Below, piece after piece: positions 48,876 through 57,124 of a DNA stretch of 64,000 bases. The position numbers were made by a program, and so were the translations under genes. The DNA comes from an uncultured Nitrososphaeria archaeon (GTDB lineage: Archaea; Thermoproteota; Nitrososphaeria_A; Caldarchaeales; Wolframiiraptoraceae), in contig CAZZKR010000007.1 in the NCBI GenBank assembly GCA_964655015.1, forward strand, positions 511 through 64,510, given 5' to 3'. The notes beneath the pieces were generated by a model. That model made no database searches and was not told the origin of the DNA. It worked only from the letters and a program-made list of their open reading frames with translations. Within the stretch, counting starts at the first letter, position 1, and each line of letters begins with the position of its first letter.

Positions 48876-49319
48876 ATGGATGTGCTAGTCCTCATCTTTG
48901 TTGTGTTGTTTGTTACACAAACGATGATATTTTACGCTCTGCTACGCAAAGCTAGTGCGCATAGAGGAATGACGTCAAACCCCAGCTCCTATGACGCAAT
49001 CACGAATGAGCTGGCAAAGATAAAAGAAACACTCATTAGGATAGAAAACAGACTTAATGCGCCAAACGATGCCTCTAGCGTCCTTGAAAAAGTAGTTGAA
49101 GAGGATTTTAACCAAACATGCTATAGGGTATTAGAGCTTTTAAAAACCGAAGGGCCATCCTCATCTTCAGAGCTTAGCATTAAGCTCAGTAGAAGTCGTG
49201 AACACATCTCCAGAATTTTAAAGAACCTTTATATGAAAGGCCTCGTCACAAGGACGGGTAAGCCCTTTAAATATAGAATAACGGACAAAGGCCTTTCTTT
49301 TCTGGAGAATGCCGCATAA
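48876..49319 (+). CDS. Membrane-anchored winged-helix (MarR-like) protein
   Basis: N-terminal TM (VLVLIFVVLFVTQTMIFYALL), coiled coil, then VL.LL...GP.S..EL...L.RSREH.SR.LK.L...GLV.R. Confidence 0.75.
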   Translation: MDVLVLIFVVLFVTQTMIFYALLRKASAHRGMTSNPSSYDAITNELAKIKETLIRIENRLNAPNDASSVLEKVVEEDFNQTCYRVLELLKTEGPSSSSELSIKLSRSREHISRILKNLYMKGLVTRTGKPFKYRITDKGLSFLENAA

Positions 49320-49352
49320 GATTTTTTAGAAAGGGTTTAGCAAGATAGATTT

Positions 49353-49473
49353 GGCTTGCCGGCCATAGATGGGGGGAAACGCCCGGACCCATTCCGAACC
49401 CGGAAGCTAAGCCCCCATCGCGTGGAGGTAGTCTGGTGCGAGAGCCCAGGCGAGGGCCACGTGCTGGCAAGCC
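49353..49473 (+). rRNA. rrf: 5S rRNA, unlinked from 16S/23S
   Basis: GGCCATAG...GAAAC.CCCGGACCCATTCCGAACCCGGAAGCTAAGCCC core; terminal helix GGCTTGCCGG/CTGGCAAGCC; 121 nt. Confidence 0.95.
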
Positions 49474-49489
49474 ATTCTTTCTCATCTTT

Positions 49490-50980
49490 TTAGAGACTCA
49501 TCTGGAGCTGCAGTGTATGAATCGGTTTTTCATAAACCCTCCTGATACAACCTGGATCCGGCATCAAGTAGTCTCCGAAATATCCATAGGCCCTAGCCCT
49601 GCAACCTCCGCAAATGAACTTATACGTACACGTTCCACACCCGCCCTTCAGTTTTTTCCTATCTCTAAGCTCGTTAAGGACGCTTGAATTGAGCCATATT
49701 TCTTCGAATCTTTCATGCCTCAGGTTGCCAAGTTTTATGGGCATGAATACGCATGGTTGAACGTCACCTTCAGGGCTTATCGCCGCATAAACTCTGCCCG
49801 CGCCGCAACCACCAATGAATTCGGCGACTTCCGGCGTTATGCCCGGAATGTTTGCATAATGAGTCGTAGGAACTGCGAGCTCAACACACGGAGCTGTTGG
49901 ATTGATCGTACAAATTTCCTCCACGATTTTCTCCTTCATCTCGAGTCCGACCCTAGCAAACTGGGGCGCCGTTGTGAAAATTTTCAATTTTTTATTTTGG
50001 AGCATATTGAAAACCAGCCTTTTATACAAGTACTTCAGGATTTCCTCCCTTTCCTGCGGTGTTGGATCGTCTTCTAGGATTTTTGTGGCCCTGCCGGTCG
50101 GTATAAAATTGAAGCATATGAAATAATCTGCCCCGAGCTCTTCGACGAAGTCAACCATTTTTTGTATCTCTGATATGTTATGTTTGGTTACAGTTGTGGC
50201 AACACCTACTGTAACACCTTCTTCCACCAAATATTTGATTGCAGAAACCGCTCTATCCCAGCTACCGGGAATTCCCCTAAACTCGTCATGCGTCCTTGAG
50301 TTTATACCATCTAGGCTTATTTCTGCGTAATGAACGGTTTTGGCAAGTCTCTTGGCAACATCCCTTGTTATGAGTGTGCCATTTGAGGCAATCGTTACAT
50401 ACATGCCGTTATCTCTCGCACTCCCTGCGACTTCAAAGAAATCCTGCCTGACGAGCGGCTCTCCTCCTGAAAATGCAATAGAAGTAACGTCCGCATCCGA
50501 GAGTTCCTTAACAACACGAAGCGCCTCGTTTGTTGTAAGCTCTGCTGGTAAACTTGAACTGGCGTTTTGATAACAATGTTTGCATCTGAGGTTGCATCTA
50601 TTTGTAAAGTTCCAGACAACGAAGAGTGGCGCACCTGTGACGAAAGGTTTCGTTACGCCAAACCAAGCCAGACCCTTTATCGTCGAAGTCAGTCCCTTCC
50701 TCCAATATGATACGCTCAAAGCCTTGACCAACGCGTCTTGGTTAGCATTCAGTGCCTTCAAAGTGATAAAGGTAAAGAACTTGAGTGCAGAAACGATCGA
50801 TGCGCATGTAATGCACTTCTTTTGCTTAATACCAAGACATTCATCAAAAAATATGTCTATGGGTCTTTTACCGCATTTGCTGCATTTCTCCAGACTTTTC
50901 TTCAGTAGTGCCCTTGGCTGCGAACCCGAAAGAACAATACGCATGGCGTTGAAGCCAAGCGAAATCGGTATGCTACTCAT
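49490..50980 (-). CDS. Radical SAM/SPASM-domain protein with a Cys-containing N-terminal extension
   Basis: CNLRCKHC SAM motif; SPASM CGAG...PC...CGTC...CGGCRARA...DP.C; extra N-terminal CSKC and CITC pairs. Confidence 0.9.
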   Translation of the reverse strand: MSSIPISLGFNAMRIVLSGSQPRALLKKSLEKCSKCGKRPIDIFFDECLGIKQKKCITCASIVSALKFFTFITLKALNANQDALVKALSVSYWRKGLTSTIKGLAWFGVTKPFVTGAPLFVVWNFTNRCNLRCKHCYQNASSSLPAELTTNEALRVVKELSDADVTSIAFSGGEPLVRQDFFEVAGSARDNGMYVTIASNGTLITRDVAKRLAKTVHYAEISLDGINSRTHDEFRGIPGSWDRAVSAIKYLVEEGVTVGVATTVTKHNISEIQKMVDFVEELGADYFICFNFIPTGRATKILEDDPTPQEREEILKYLYKRLVFNMLQNKKLKIFTTAPQFARVGLEMKEKIVEEICTINPTAPCVELAVPTTHYANIPGITPEVAEFIGGCGAGRVYAAISPEGDVQPCVFMPIKLGNLRHERFEEIWLNSSVLNELRDRKKLKGGCGTCTYKFICGGCRARAYGYFGDYLMPDPGCIRRVYEKPIHTLQLQMSL

Positions 50981-51067
50981 CAGGCTATTACGAGATCTAG
51001 AGATAAAAATAAGTTTTCCATAGTTTTCAACGGTGAAAAATCTAGTAAAGAAGGGTTACGGAAAGAC

Positions 51068-51490
51068 TCAAATGACTATTATGTCTTCCCTAAGAAATTC
51101 TTCATTTTTCTTATCAAAAATCCATGCGGTAACCTCTTCAGGCCTCTTATCGCGTATGGAAACTATAAGGTAGCTCATAGAGGACCAAGCGACTTCTGCA
51201 TCATAGACAGACGGTCTTGCAGGATAATCGGGATGAGAGTGGTATATGCCGACAAGCATCAACCCGTGTCTTTCAGCATCCTTTTCCACGTTGTATATGT
51301 CTAACGCATCAACCATGTATCTCCTCTTTCTATCTCCCACGTAAACGTTTTTACATTTGACAACCTTAACGACAACTTTCCTTTCGTCTTCCCTTTTTCC
51401 TACTAGAAGTCCACAACATTCTTCAGGATAAGTTTCTAAAGCATGTTTGATAACTTCGTCCAGATTGATTTTGCTTATTATGAGTGTCAA
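51068..51490 (-). CDS. JAMM/MPN+ (M67) metalloprotease, Mec/JAMM1-like
   Basis: YPEECCGLL.G...GIYHSHPD..A.PS..D JAMM motif. Confidence 0.92.
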   Translation of the reverse strand: MTLIISKINLDEVIKHALETYPEECCGLLVGKREDERKVVVKVVKCKNVYVGDRKRRYMVDALDIYNVEKDAERHGLMLVGIYHSHPDYPARPSVYDAEVAWSSMSYLIVSIRDKRPEEVTAWIFDKKNEEFLREDIIVI

Positions 51491-51563
51491 TTCTTTAAAG
51501 AAGAAGAGGACAAGGCATTATAAAACGCCTTCGAGTCCAGATTATGTGCTGAGTTTAGAACAC

Positions 51564-52529
51564 TCATTTCCAGAAACATTCCTCAACGTACCTCTCGCCT
51601 CCATCCGGAAAGATGGTCACCAGCAAACCTTCCTCCAACTCTCCAGCTACTTTTAAGGTAGCGGCGAGTGCGGCACCTGACGATACACCAACGAGTATTC
51701 CCTCAATCCTTGCAAGCTCTTTAACCATCTCATAAGCCTCGCTTGTGGATACGCGTATGCGTATATCGCTAAAGTTCTCGTCGTATATCTTCGGCCTAAT
51801 GCTTGTATCCATGTGTTTTAATCCCTCGATTTTATGAAAGTGTGAATCTGGTTGAACCTCCACGAGCTTTATGTTTTGATTGAATTCCTTTAACTTCCTA
51901 CCGGCTCCCATGAGCGTTCCAGAGGTCCCTACGCCGGCGATAAAATGTGTCAATCTCCCCTTAGTTTGTTTGATTATTTCAGGACCTGTCGTCGTGTAAT
52001 GGGCCAGCCAGTTTGATTCGTTGTCGTACTGGTTCGCGTAAAAGTATGCCCTAGGATCTTGCTCATATAGTTCACGGGCTTTTTTAATTGCCCCGTCTAG
52101 TCCGTCCACAGGGTTTGTACACACGACCTCGGCTCCATAGGCTTTCATAATAGCAATCTTCTTAGCACTGATATTCGCCGGGACCAACAGCTTGCATCTG
52201 TAACCTAGGATCGTAGCAATCATCGAATAAGAAATTCCCATGTTACCGGAAGTGGCATCAAGGATTGTTTTGTCGGGTGTTAGAGCCCCATTCTTTATGG
52301 CACTTAGGATTATGCTCAGGGCAGCCCTATCCTTGACAGAGCCCCCTGGGTTAAAAAACTCAAGTTTAGCGTAAATCTTAACACCGTTCTTTATACCATG
52401 TTTTGCGGGTAGTTTTTCAAGTCTACAAAGAGGTGTATTACCGATGAGTTTTAGAAGTTTATCGTAAACTCTAAGATGTTGCGCCTCATAACCGGCTTGG
52501 ACCCATGAATTGTGTCGATTAATCGACAC
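51564..52529 (-). CDS. cysM: Cysteine synthase family PLP enzyme (CysM-like)
   Basis: IGNTPL...AKLE..NPGGSVKDRAA, ATSGN.G, NQY.N..N..AH..TTGPEI, GVGTSGT..G, GVSSGA, IFPDGGERY. Confidence 0.88.
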   Translation of the reverse strand: MSINRHNSWVQAGYEAQHLRVYDKLLKLIGNTPLCRLEKLPAKHGIKNGVKIYAKLEFFNPGGSVKDRAALSIILSAIKNGALTPDKTILDATSGNMGISYSMIATILGYRCKLLVPANISAKKIAIMKAYGAEVVCTNPVDGLDGAIKKARELYEQDPRAYFYANQYDNESNWLAHYTTTGPEIIKQTKGRLTHFIAGVGTSGTLMGAGRKLKEFNQNIKLVEVQPDSHFHKIEGLKHMDTSIRPKIYDENFSDIRIRVSTSEAYEMVKELARIEGILVGVSSGAALAATLKVAGELEEGLLVTIFPDGGERYVEECFWK

Positions 52530-52597
52530 AAAAGGTCAGCCACCCCTCTTTTACTAAGTTTACCCCTTACTGCTTAATAAACGTACGTTTAACTGGT

Positions 52598-52906
52598 TCA
52601 TCGTTTTTCGGCGGCTTTTTTGCCCCTCATTTTCATCTCTATCATGGCAATCTTCTTTTCACATTCGTTCACAACAAACCTTTTTCGTGAGAAGACAAAG
52701 TGAAAGGCAAGTCCGATGCCCCAGCCAAACAAGGGCCATATAAACCATATGGTTTGGGGAGATATGTAGAGGTTTATGAAGGCTAGAAAAATGTTGACTA
52801 TCACATATGCAACCAAATGTGATAGGAAACCCCGATTGGCCTCTTCCAGCTCAAAATCTATCCAAGCCCGCTTAAACTCTTCCAATATCTCTTCAGATGC
52901 ATTCAT
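52598..52906 (-). CDS. 2TM-domain small membrane protein
   Basis: F..HL..Y..VN.FL..INL......WF.WP..GWG.GL.FH motif. Confidence 0.85.
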   Translation of the reverse strand: MNASEEILEEFKRAWIDFELEEANRGFLSHLVAYVIVNIFLAFINLYISPQTIWFIWPLFGWGIGLAFHFVFSRKRFVVNECEKKIAMIEMKMRGKKAAEKR

Positions 52907-52979
52907 AATGTTAACATTAAAAATAACCTATTTAAAGCTGTCTTTTGGATGAATGAAAACCATTTTTCCTCGATTACTT

Positions 52980-54119
52980 TCACCCATACCCGAACTGATA
53001 GAGTATCATGGATGGGCTTAATATTTTTGCTTTAGTATGGGAAAGAAGCAAGAAGGCATCTCCTGGTCTTATGTTATGACTCATGCCTTCAACCTCAACC
53101 GCACCGTTCCCCTCCACAACGAAGCATATCAACTCTCTGTCCTGATTGGGCGGTACGTATTCTACGCAAACCTTAACTACGTCTTGGAATAGACGCATAT
53201 AATTCGGTGAGAGTCTTTCGTAGAAAGTTTGCTCAAAGCTCCTAACTTTTTCTAAGACCTTATAGAGGTCCCTCCCCCCGATATCGTCAATATTATCAAA
53301 ACCAGCATCGGGAAATTTTTCGTCAACTAGTTCTATATCTTGGACAAAATCCCATGGGCCAGTTTCCTTAGAACCACATATGAACACGAATGACGCTTCG
53401 CCTGCTCCTTTGTTTTTAAAACCATGCACTTGGCCCCTCTTTATGTAAAGAATGTCGGTCTGCGTGGTCTTACATACCTTGCCGTCAAGATAATGTAGCC
53501 CCTCAATATACTCTGGTAGAAAATGATGCTCATCGAGGAAATGGTGATAATGAAGCGGTGCCTCGCCCCTAACCTTAACGACGTAAAGGCCTATGAACTT
53601 GCTAGCAATTAACCTAGCAATCCGCAATCCAACTTTTTGATAGAGTGTAAAATGATATTCTGGGACATTCTTCCAATTAACTACGTATATGCCATTCCCT
53701 AGCGTGATTTGCTCGACCGCATTTACAAAATTTTCATAGATGTTTTTCAAGACAGCGCAATAATCCTTTGCAGAGGCTAGTCCATCCTCAACGAGTTTTA
53801 GGGCTTGAACGTATTGATGTAACATCGGGAAAATTCTGTGATCTTGATACACTTGATGATATCTTGCGGAGTGCAGCAAAGTAAGCCCCCTAAGAACCAC
53901 TTTAACATCTTGCTCGCAACCCCTTAGCTCACCAGCTTCCATCATTTTCTGGATTGAGCACATTATGGGTCTATATACATCAAGGCTCCTAAAAGCACTC
54001 ACGTAAAGTCTAGCATGCTGAATTTGGCTTTTTACAGGCTCCAATGTCCTAGTGTTTACAAACTCTTCCGCAGCCCTTACAGTATCTTCAAATTCTGCAG
54101 AAAACTTCATCAATATCAC
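52980..54119 (-). CDS. Helical N-domain plus tandem cupin-domain protein
   Basis: PLHYH....EH...G.....DILYI.RGQVHGFKN metal-binding cupin; second degenerate cupin VVEG.G....I.PGD. Confidence 0.7.
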   Translation of the reverse strand: MILMKFSAEFEDTVRAAEEFVNTRTLEPVKSQIQHARLYVSAFRSLDVYRPIMCSIQKMMEAGELRGCEQDVKVVLRGLTLLHSARYHQVYQDHRIFPMLHQYVQALKLVEDGLASAKDYCAVLKNIYENFVNAVEQITLGNGIYVVNWKNVPEYHFTLYQKVGLRIARLIASKFIGLYVVKVRGEAPLHYHHFLDEHHFLPEYIEGLHYLDGKVCKTTQTDILYIKRGQVHGFKNKGAGEASFVFICGSKETGPWDFVQDIELVDEKFPDAGFDNIDDIGGRDLYKVLEKVRSFEQTFYERLSPNYMRLFQDVVKVCVEYVPPNQDRELICFVVEGNGAVEVEGMSHNIRPGDAFLLLSHTKAKILSPSMILYQFGYG

Positions 54120-54163
54120 TATACCAGTCGTTGATTAAAAGTGTTCTATAAAAAATATAAGAA

Positions 54164-55054
54164 TCAATCAAACTGAACTTTTACGCCCTCTTCCCCACTT
54201 CTCACGATCTTCTCAAACTCTTGCATTATCTTCTTGGTTATCGGTCCAGGTACGCCGTCTCCGATTTGTATGCCGTTGATCTTAACAACCGGAAGTATCT
54301 CGGCTCCCGTCCCCGTCAAGAAAACTTCTGTTGCGGTAATTAACTCAAATGGTGTTATGTCCCTTTCTACGACCTCCATCCCAAGTTCACGTATTAACTT
54401 TATAATCCTTCTTCTTGTCACGCCGTCCAAGATGCCTGCGGTTGGCGGTGGTGTGGCTATAATACCATTCCTAACAATGAAGAGATTTGCCGCCTCCGCC
54501 TCCGAAACGAATCCTCTGCTATCAAGCATTATGGCCATATCGGCACCAGCTTCGATGGCCTCTAGCTTTGCGAGTATGCTGTTGAGATAGTTCAACGACT
54601 TGACTTCATGCGTCGTTGCTGCTACGGAATCTCTTCTCGTTGATGCTATGATTGCGGATATGCCTTTCTCTTTAGCGGCTCCACCCACCAGTTGTATCTG
54701 CTCGACTATGATTATTATGCTTGGTTTAGAGCACTTTCTGGGGTCTAGACCCAAGTCGCCCACGCCCCTTGTTACAACGAGTCTAATGTAGGAATTTTTG
54801 GCGCGATTCCTTTTGACAGTCTCAACGACTGCGGCTATCATTTCTTCCTTAGAAATGGGTATGTTAAGTTTGATGAACTTTGCCGAGTTGTATAGTCTAT
54901 CTATGTGCTCCTTCAGCAGAAATATTACTCCGTCGTAAACTCTTATGCCCTCGAAGACTCCATCACCATAAAGTAAACCGTGATCATAAACGGAAATTTT
55001 TGCTTCAGACTTCGGGTAAAACTTTCCATCGATATAAACTAGTGGCTCACTCAC
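54164..55054 (-). CDS. ilvE: Branched-chain amino acid aminotransferase
   Basis: DHGLLYGDGVFEGIR..G.....EH.DRL..SA...KSLNYL...E...AN.F...IL.G.TR...E.FLTGT..E..PV. Confidence 0.96.
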   Translation of the reverse strand: MSEPLVYIDGKFYPKSEAKISVYDHGLLYGDGVFEGIRVYDGVIFLLKEHIDRLYNSAKFIKLNIPISKEEMIAAVVETVKRNRAKNSYIRLVVTRGVGDLGLDPRKCSKPSIIIIVEQIQLVGGAAKEKGISAIIASTRRDSVAATTHEVKSLNYLNSILAKLEAIEAGADMAIMLDSRGFVSEAEAANLFIVRNGIIATPPPTAGILDGVTRRRIIKLIRELGMEVVERDITPFELITATEVFLTGTGAEILPVVKINGIQIGDGVPGPITKKIMQEFEKIVRSGEEGVKVQFD

Positions 55055-55126
55055 ATCCGTTCACGTATATTACTCCTCTCTCATGTTATATAAATTGTTA
55101 CGTTTTCTGCACACTCAAGAAACACT

Positions 55127-55864
55127 TTACATAACGCCTGGCGGTATGTCCGTTCTGGTTTTTTGTTGCTTGAACTCTTCAATTCTCTTAAGAGAGCTAA
55201 TGTAGAGTTCAACCTTCTTTGCCTGCTCTTCGAGCTTTGTATAGTCTAAATGCTCGATACCTAAAGCGGCAGAGAGCCTTTTCAACACTTCTATCGAAGC
55301 CTTAGGTTGTGCTATATCGGGTCTCTCTATTTCCCCAAGAAAACATACGCCTTCGATGTTACGTTGTGCTGCTAAGCCCAGCAATAGACCATTAAAACCT
55401 GTTATATACCCCTCTCCCCTCATTTTCTGGGCTCCATAGGATTCTATCTCCTCGTTAAGTCTAGCATCTGTTACTGCATAAAAAACTCTTGGTTCTGATA
55501 TTGAGACACCAGTATGTGCCGCTCCCAACGTGTATATTCTTCTAACACCTAAGCTGACTGCCAAATCTAACAAATCTTTACACAATTCATACAACATGTG
55601 TGGTTCTTGAGGTTGATAAAATCCGGTAAAGACAGCAAAATCTTTTCCGCCCCAATACAATCTGAAAGAAAATCTTTCAAATTCTATGAGAGAGTTTTTA
55701 TGAATTACATATGGTGGCATATAGTCCAATATCTCTGCTATTGGTTCCATCTTCAACTCCTCTATGAGATACGCTGCCGCAATGCCGCCTACGTTGCCCA
55801 TTCCAGGAAGTGCTGCGACCAGCGATTTTACGGTGACGCCCCTCTTCAATATGTTTACTTCCAA
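55127..55864 (-). CDS. PAC2-family proteasome assembly chaperone
   Basis: LPG.GNVG...A.YL......TLG......GEG.I.G.NGLL...A......G.C..GE......P.A...L. Confidence 0.85.
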   Translation of the reverse strand: MEVNILKRGVTVKSLVAALPGMGNVGGIAAAYLIEELKMEPIAEILDYMPPYVIHKNSLIEFERFSFRLYWGGKDFAVFTGFYQPQEPHMLYELCKDLLDLAVSLGVRRIYTLGAAHTGVSISEPRVFYAVTDARLNEEIESYGAQKMRGEGYITGFNGLLLGLAAQRNIEGVCFLGEIERPDIAQPKASIEVLKRLSAALGIEHLDYTKLEEQAKKVELYISSLKRIEEFKQQKTRTDIPPGVM

Positions 55865-55970
55865 GCCTGTAGTACGCCCTCCAGTAGAGACGGTATGTGC
55901 TCCTAATAGAGTTTGCCTAAGAGACGCTCAGCTAACGTTTATTAGAACCTTAGCTTATAAAGATGACGAT

Positions 55971-56303
55971 ATGGGAAAAAGGAAGATAGTGTCCGAATCT
56001 GACGTCTTAGAAGAAGTGGTGACACCGGGGCCTGGAGATGTTTATGGTGTTGTTGTGAAGATGTATGGGTATGATAGGGCTCTAGTAGAATGCTCGGATG
56101 GGAAGCAAAGATTATGCAGGATAAAGGGGCAGTTAAAAAGAAGAATCTGGATTAAGGAGGGAGATTTAGTACTGGTCAGCCCTTGGGAATTTCAACAAGA
56201 TAGAGGAGACATTTTTTGGAGGTTTACGAAGAATCAAGCGATAGAATTGGCTAAACAAGGCGCCTTGCCGGACTTTCTTAAAGCCAAGATAGAGGCTGGT
56301 TAA
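55971..56303 (+). CDS. eif1a: Translation initiation factor aIF-1A
   Basis: G.V..M.G.DR..V.C.DG..R.CRI.G.LKRR.WIKEGD.V.V.PW.FQ..RGDI.WR; ATG at 55971. Confidence 0.95.
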   Translation: MGKRKIVSESDVLEEVVTPGPGDVYGVVVKMYGYDRALVECSDGKQRLCRIKGQLKRRIWIKEGDLVLVSPWEFQQDRGDIFWRFTKNQAIELAKQGALPDFLKAKIEAG

Positions 56304-56327
56304 AGGTTTGCATGTGGTGAAGTTTTT

Positions 56328-57116
56328 CTGAGCTCTGATAAAATTGAGAAGAAACTTAGGAGAAGAGAATTCGAGGCAGACAAGGAACAAAGATACCTAC
56401 AAAAAAGATCAGAACTTGATGAAGTCTTGGAGGAGGTTTTTGATAGGCTTACACTCATGACGATTTATGATTTAATGAATGCCGGTGTGTTATTAGAATT
56501 TTATGGTGTAATTAGCGCTGGAAAAGAGTCGAGAATATATCTTGCAAAAGGTCCGGAAGGTTTCATGGCTGTAAAGATATACTTGATAACTAGTGCAGAG
56601 TTTAAGAAAACTAGGATGACCTACGTAGTGCATGACCCGAGGTTTAAAAGGATTCCAAAAGACTTCAGGGAATTCATATACCTCTGGGCAAGGCGCGAAT
56701 TTGGAAACTTGAAAAAAGCATATGAAGCTGAGGTTCCAGTGCCGAAACCATATTTTGTTGAAAATAACGTTTTGGGCATGCAATTCCTAGGAAAGGATGG
56801 GGTGAGGTATCCAACACTAGAAGAGGTCGAATTAGAGCCTAGCGATTATGAGAAGATCTATCCGCTAATTCTTGAGAATATAAAGCGGCTTTACCAGAAA
56901 GCGGGCTTGATACATGCAGATATGAGCCAATACAATGTATTCGTTACGGATACCTTATCAATCTATTTCATAGATTTATCTCAGGCAGTCCACACTTCGC
57001 ACCCTCTGGCCGAAGTGTTTTTAGAAAGAGACATAAGAAACATTACAAAATTTTTCGAGAAAAAGGGTATTAGCGTTAGACCTCCAGAAGAGGTCATCGA
57101 ATGGATAAAATCTTAA
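56328..57116 (+). CDS. rio1: RIO1-family Ser/Thr kinase
   Basis: EEVFD..T, IS.GKES..Y, AVKIY, W...EF.NL, LIHAD.S.YN, IDLSQAV...HP; start CTG 56328 or TTG 56427. Confidence 0.94.
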   Translation: MSSDKIEKKLRRREFEADKEQRYLQKRSELDEVLEEVFDRLTLMTIYDLMNAGVLLEFYGVISAGKESRIYLAKGPEGFMAVKIYLITSAEFKKTRMTYVVHDPRFKRIPKDFREFIYLWARREFGNLKKAYEAEVPVPKPYFVENNVLGMQFLGKDGVRYPTLEEVELEPSDYEKIYPLILENIKRLYQKAGLIHADMSQYNVFVTDTLSIYFIDLSQAVHTSHPLAEVFLERDIRNITKFFEKKGISVRPPEEVIEWIKS

Positions 57117-57124
57117 AAAAATCT

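Noticed and set aside
55764-55970. Long N-terminal extensions given by the ORF track for aIF-1A (also pstS 27115-27234, DUF126 46264-46416, Lrp 60945-61010)
   Set aside because: They overlap neighbouring genes or promoters; downstream ATGs match the family N-termini.
55865-55970. nop10 upstream of the PAC2 gene
   Set aside because: Hand translation of the minus strand gives no Zn-ribbon Nop10 ORF.
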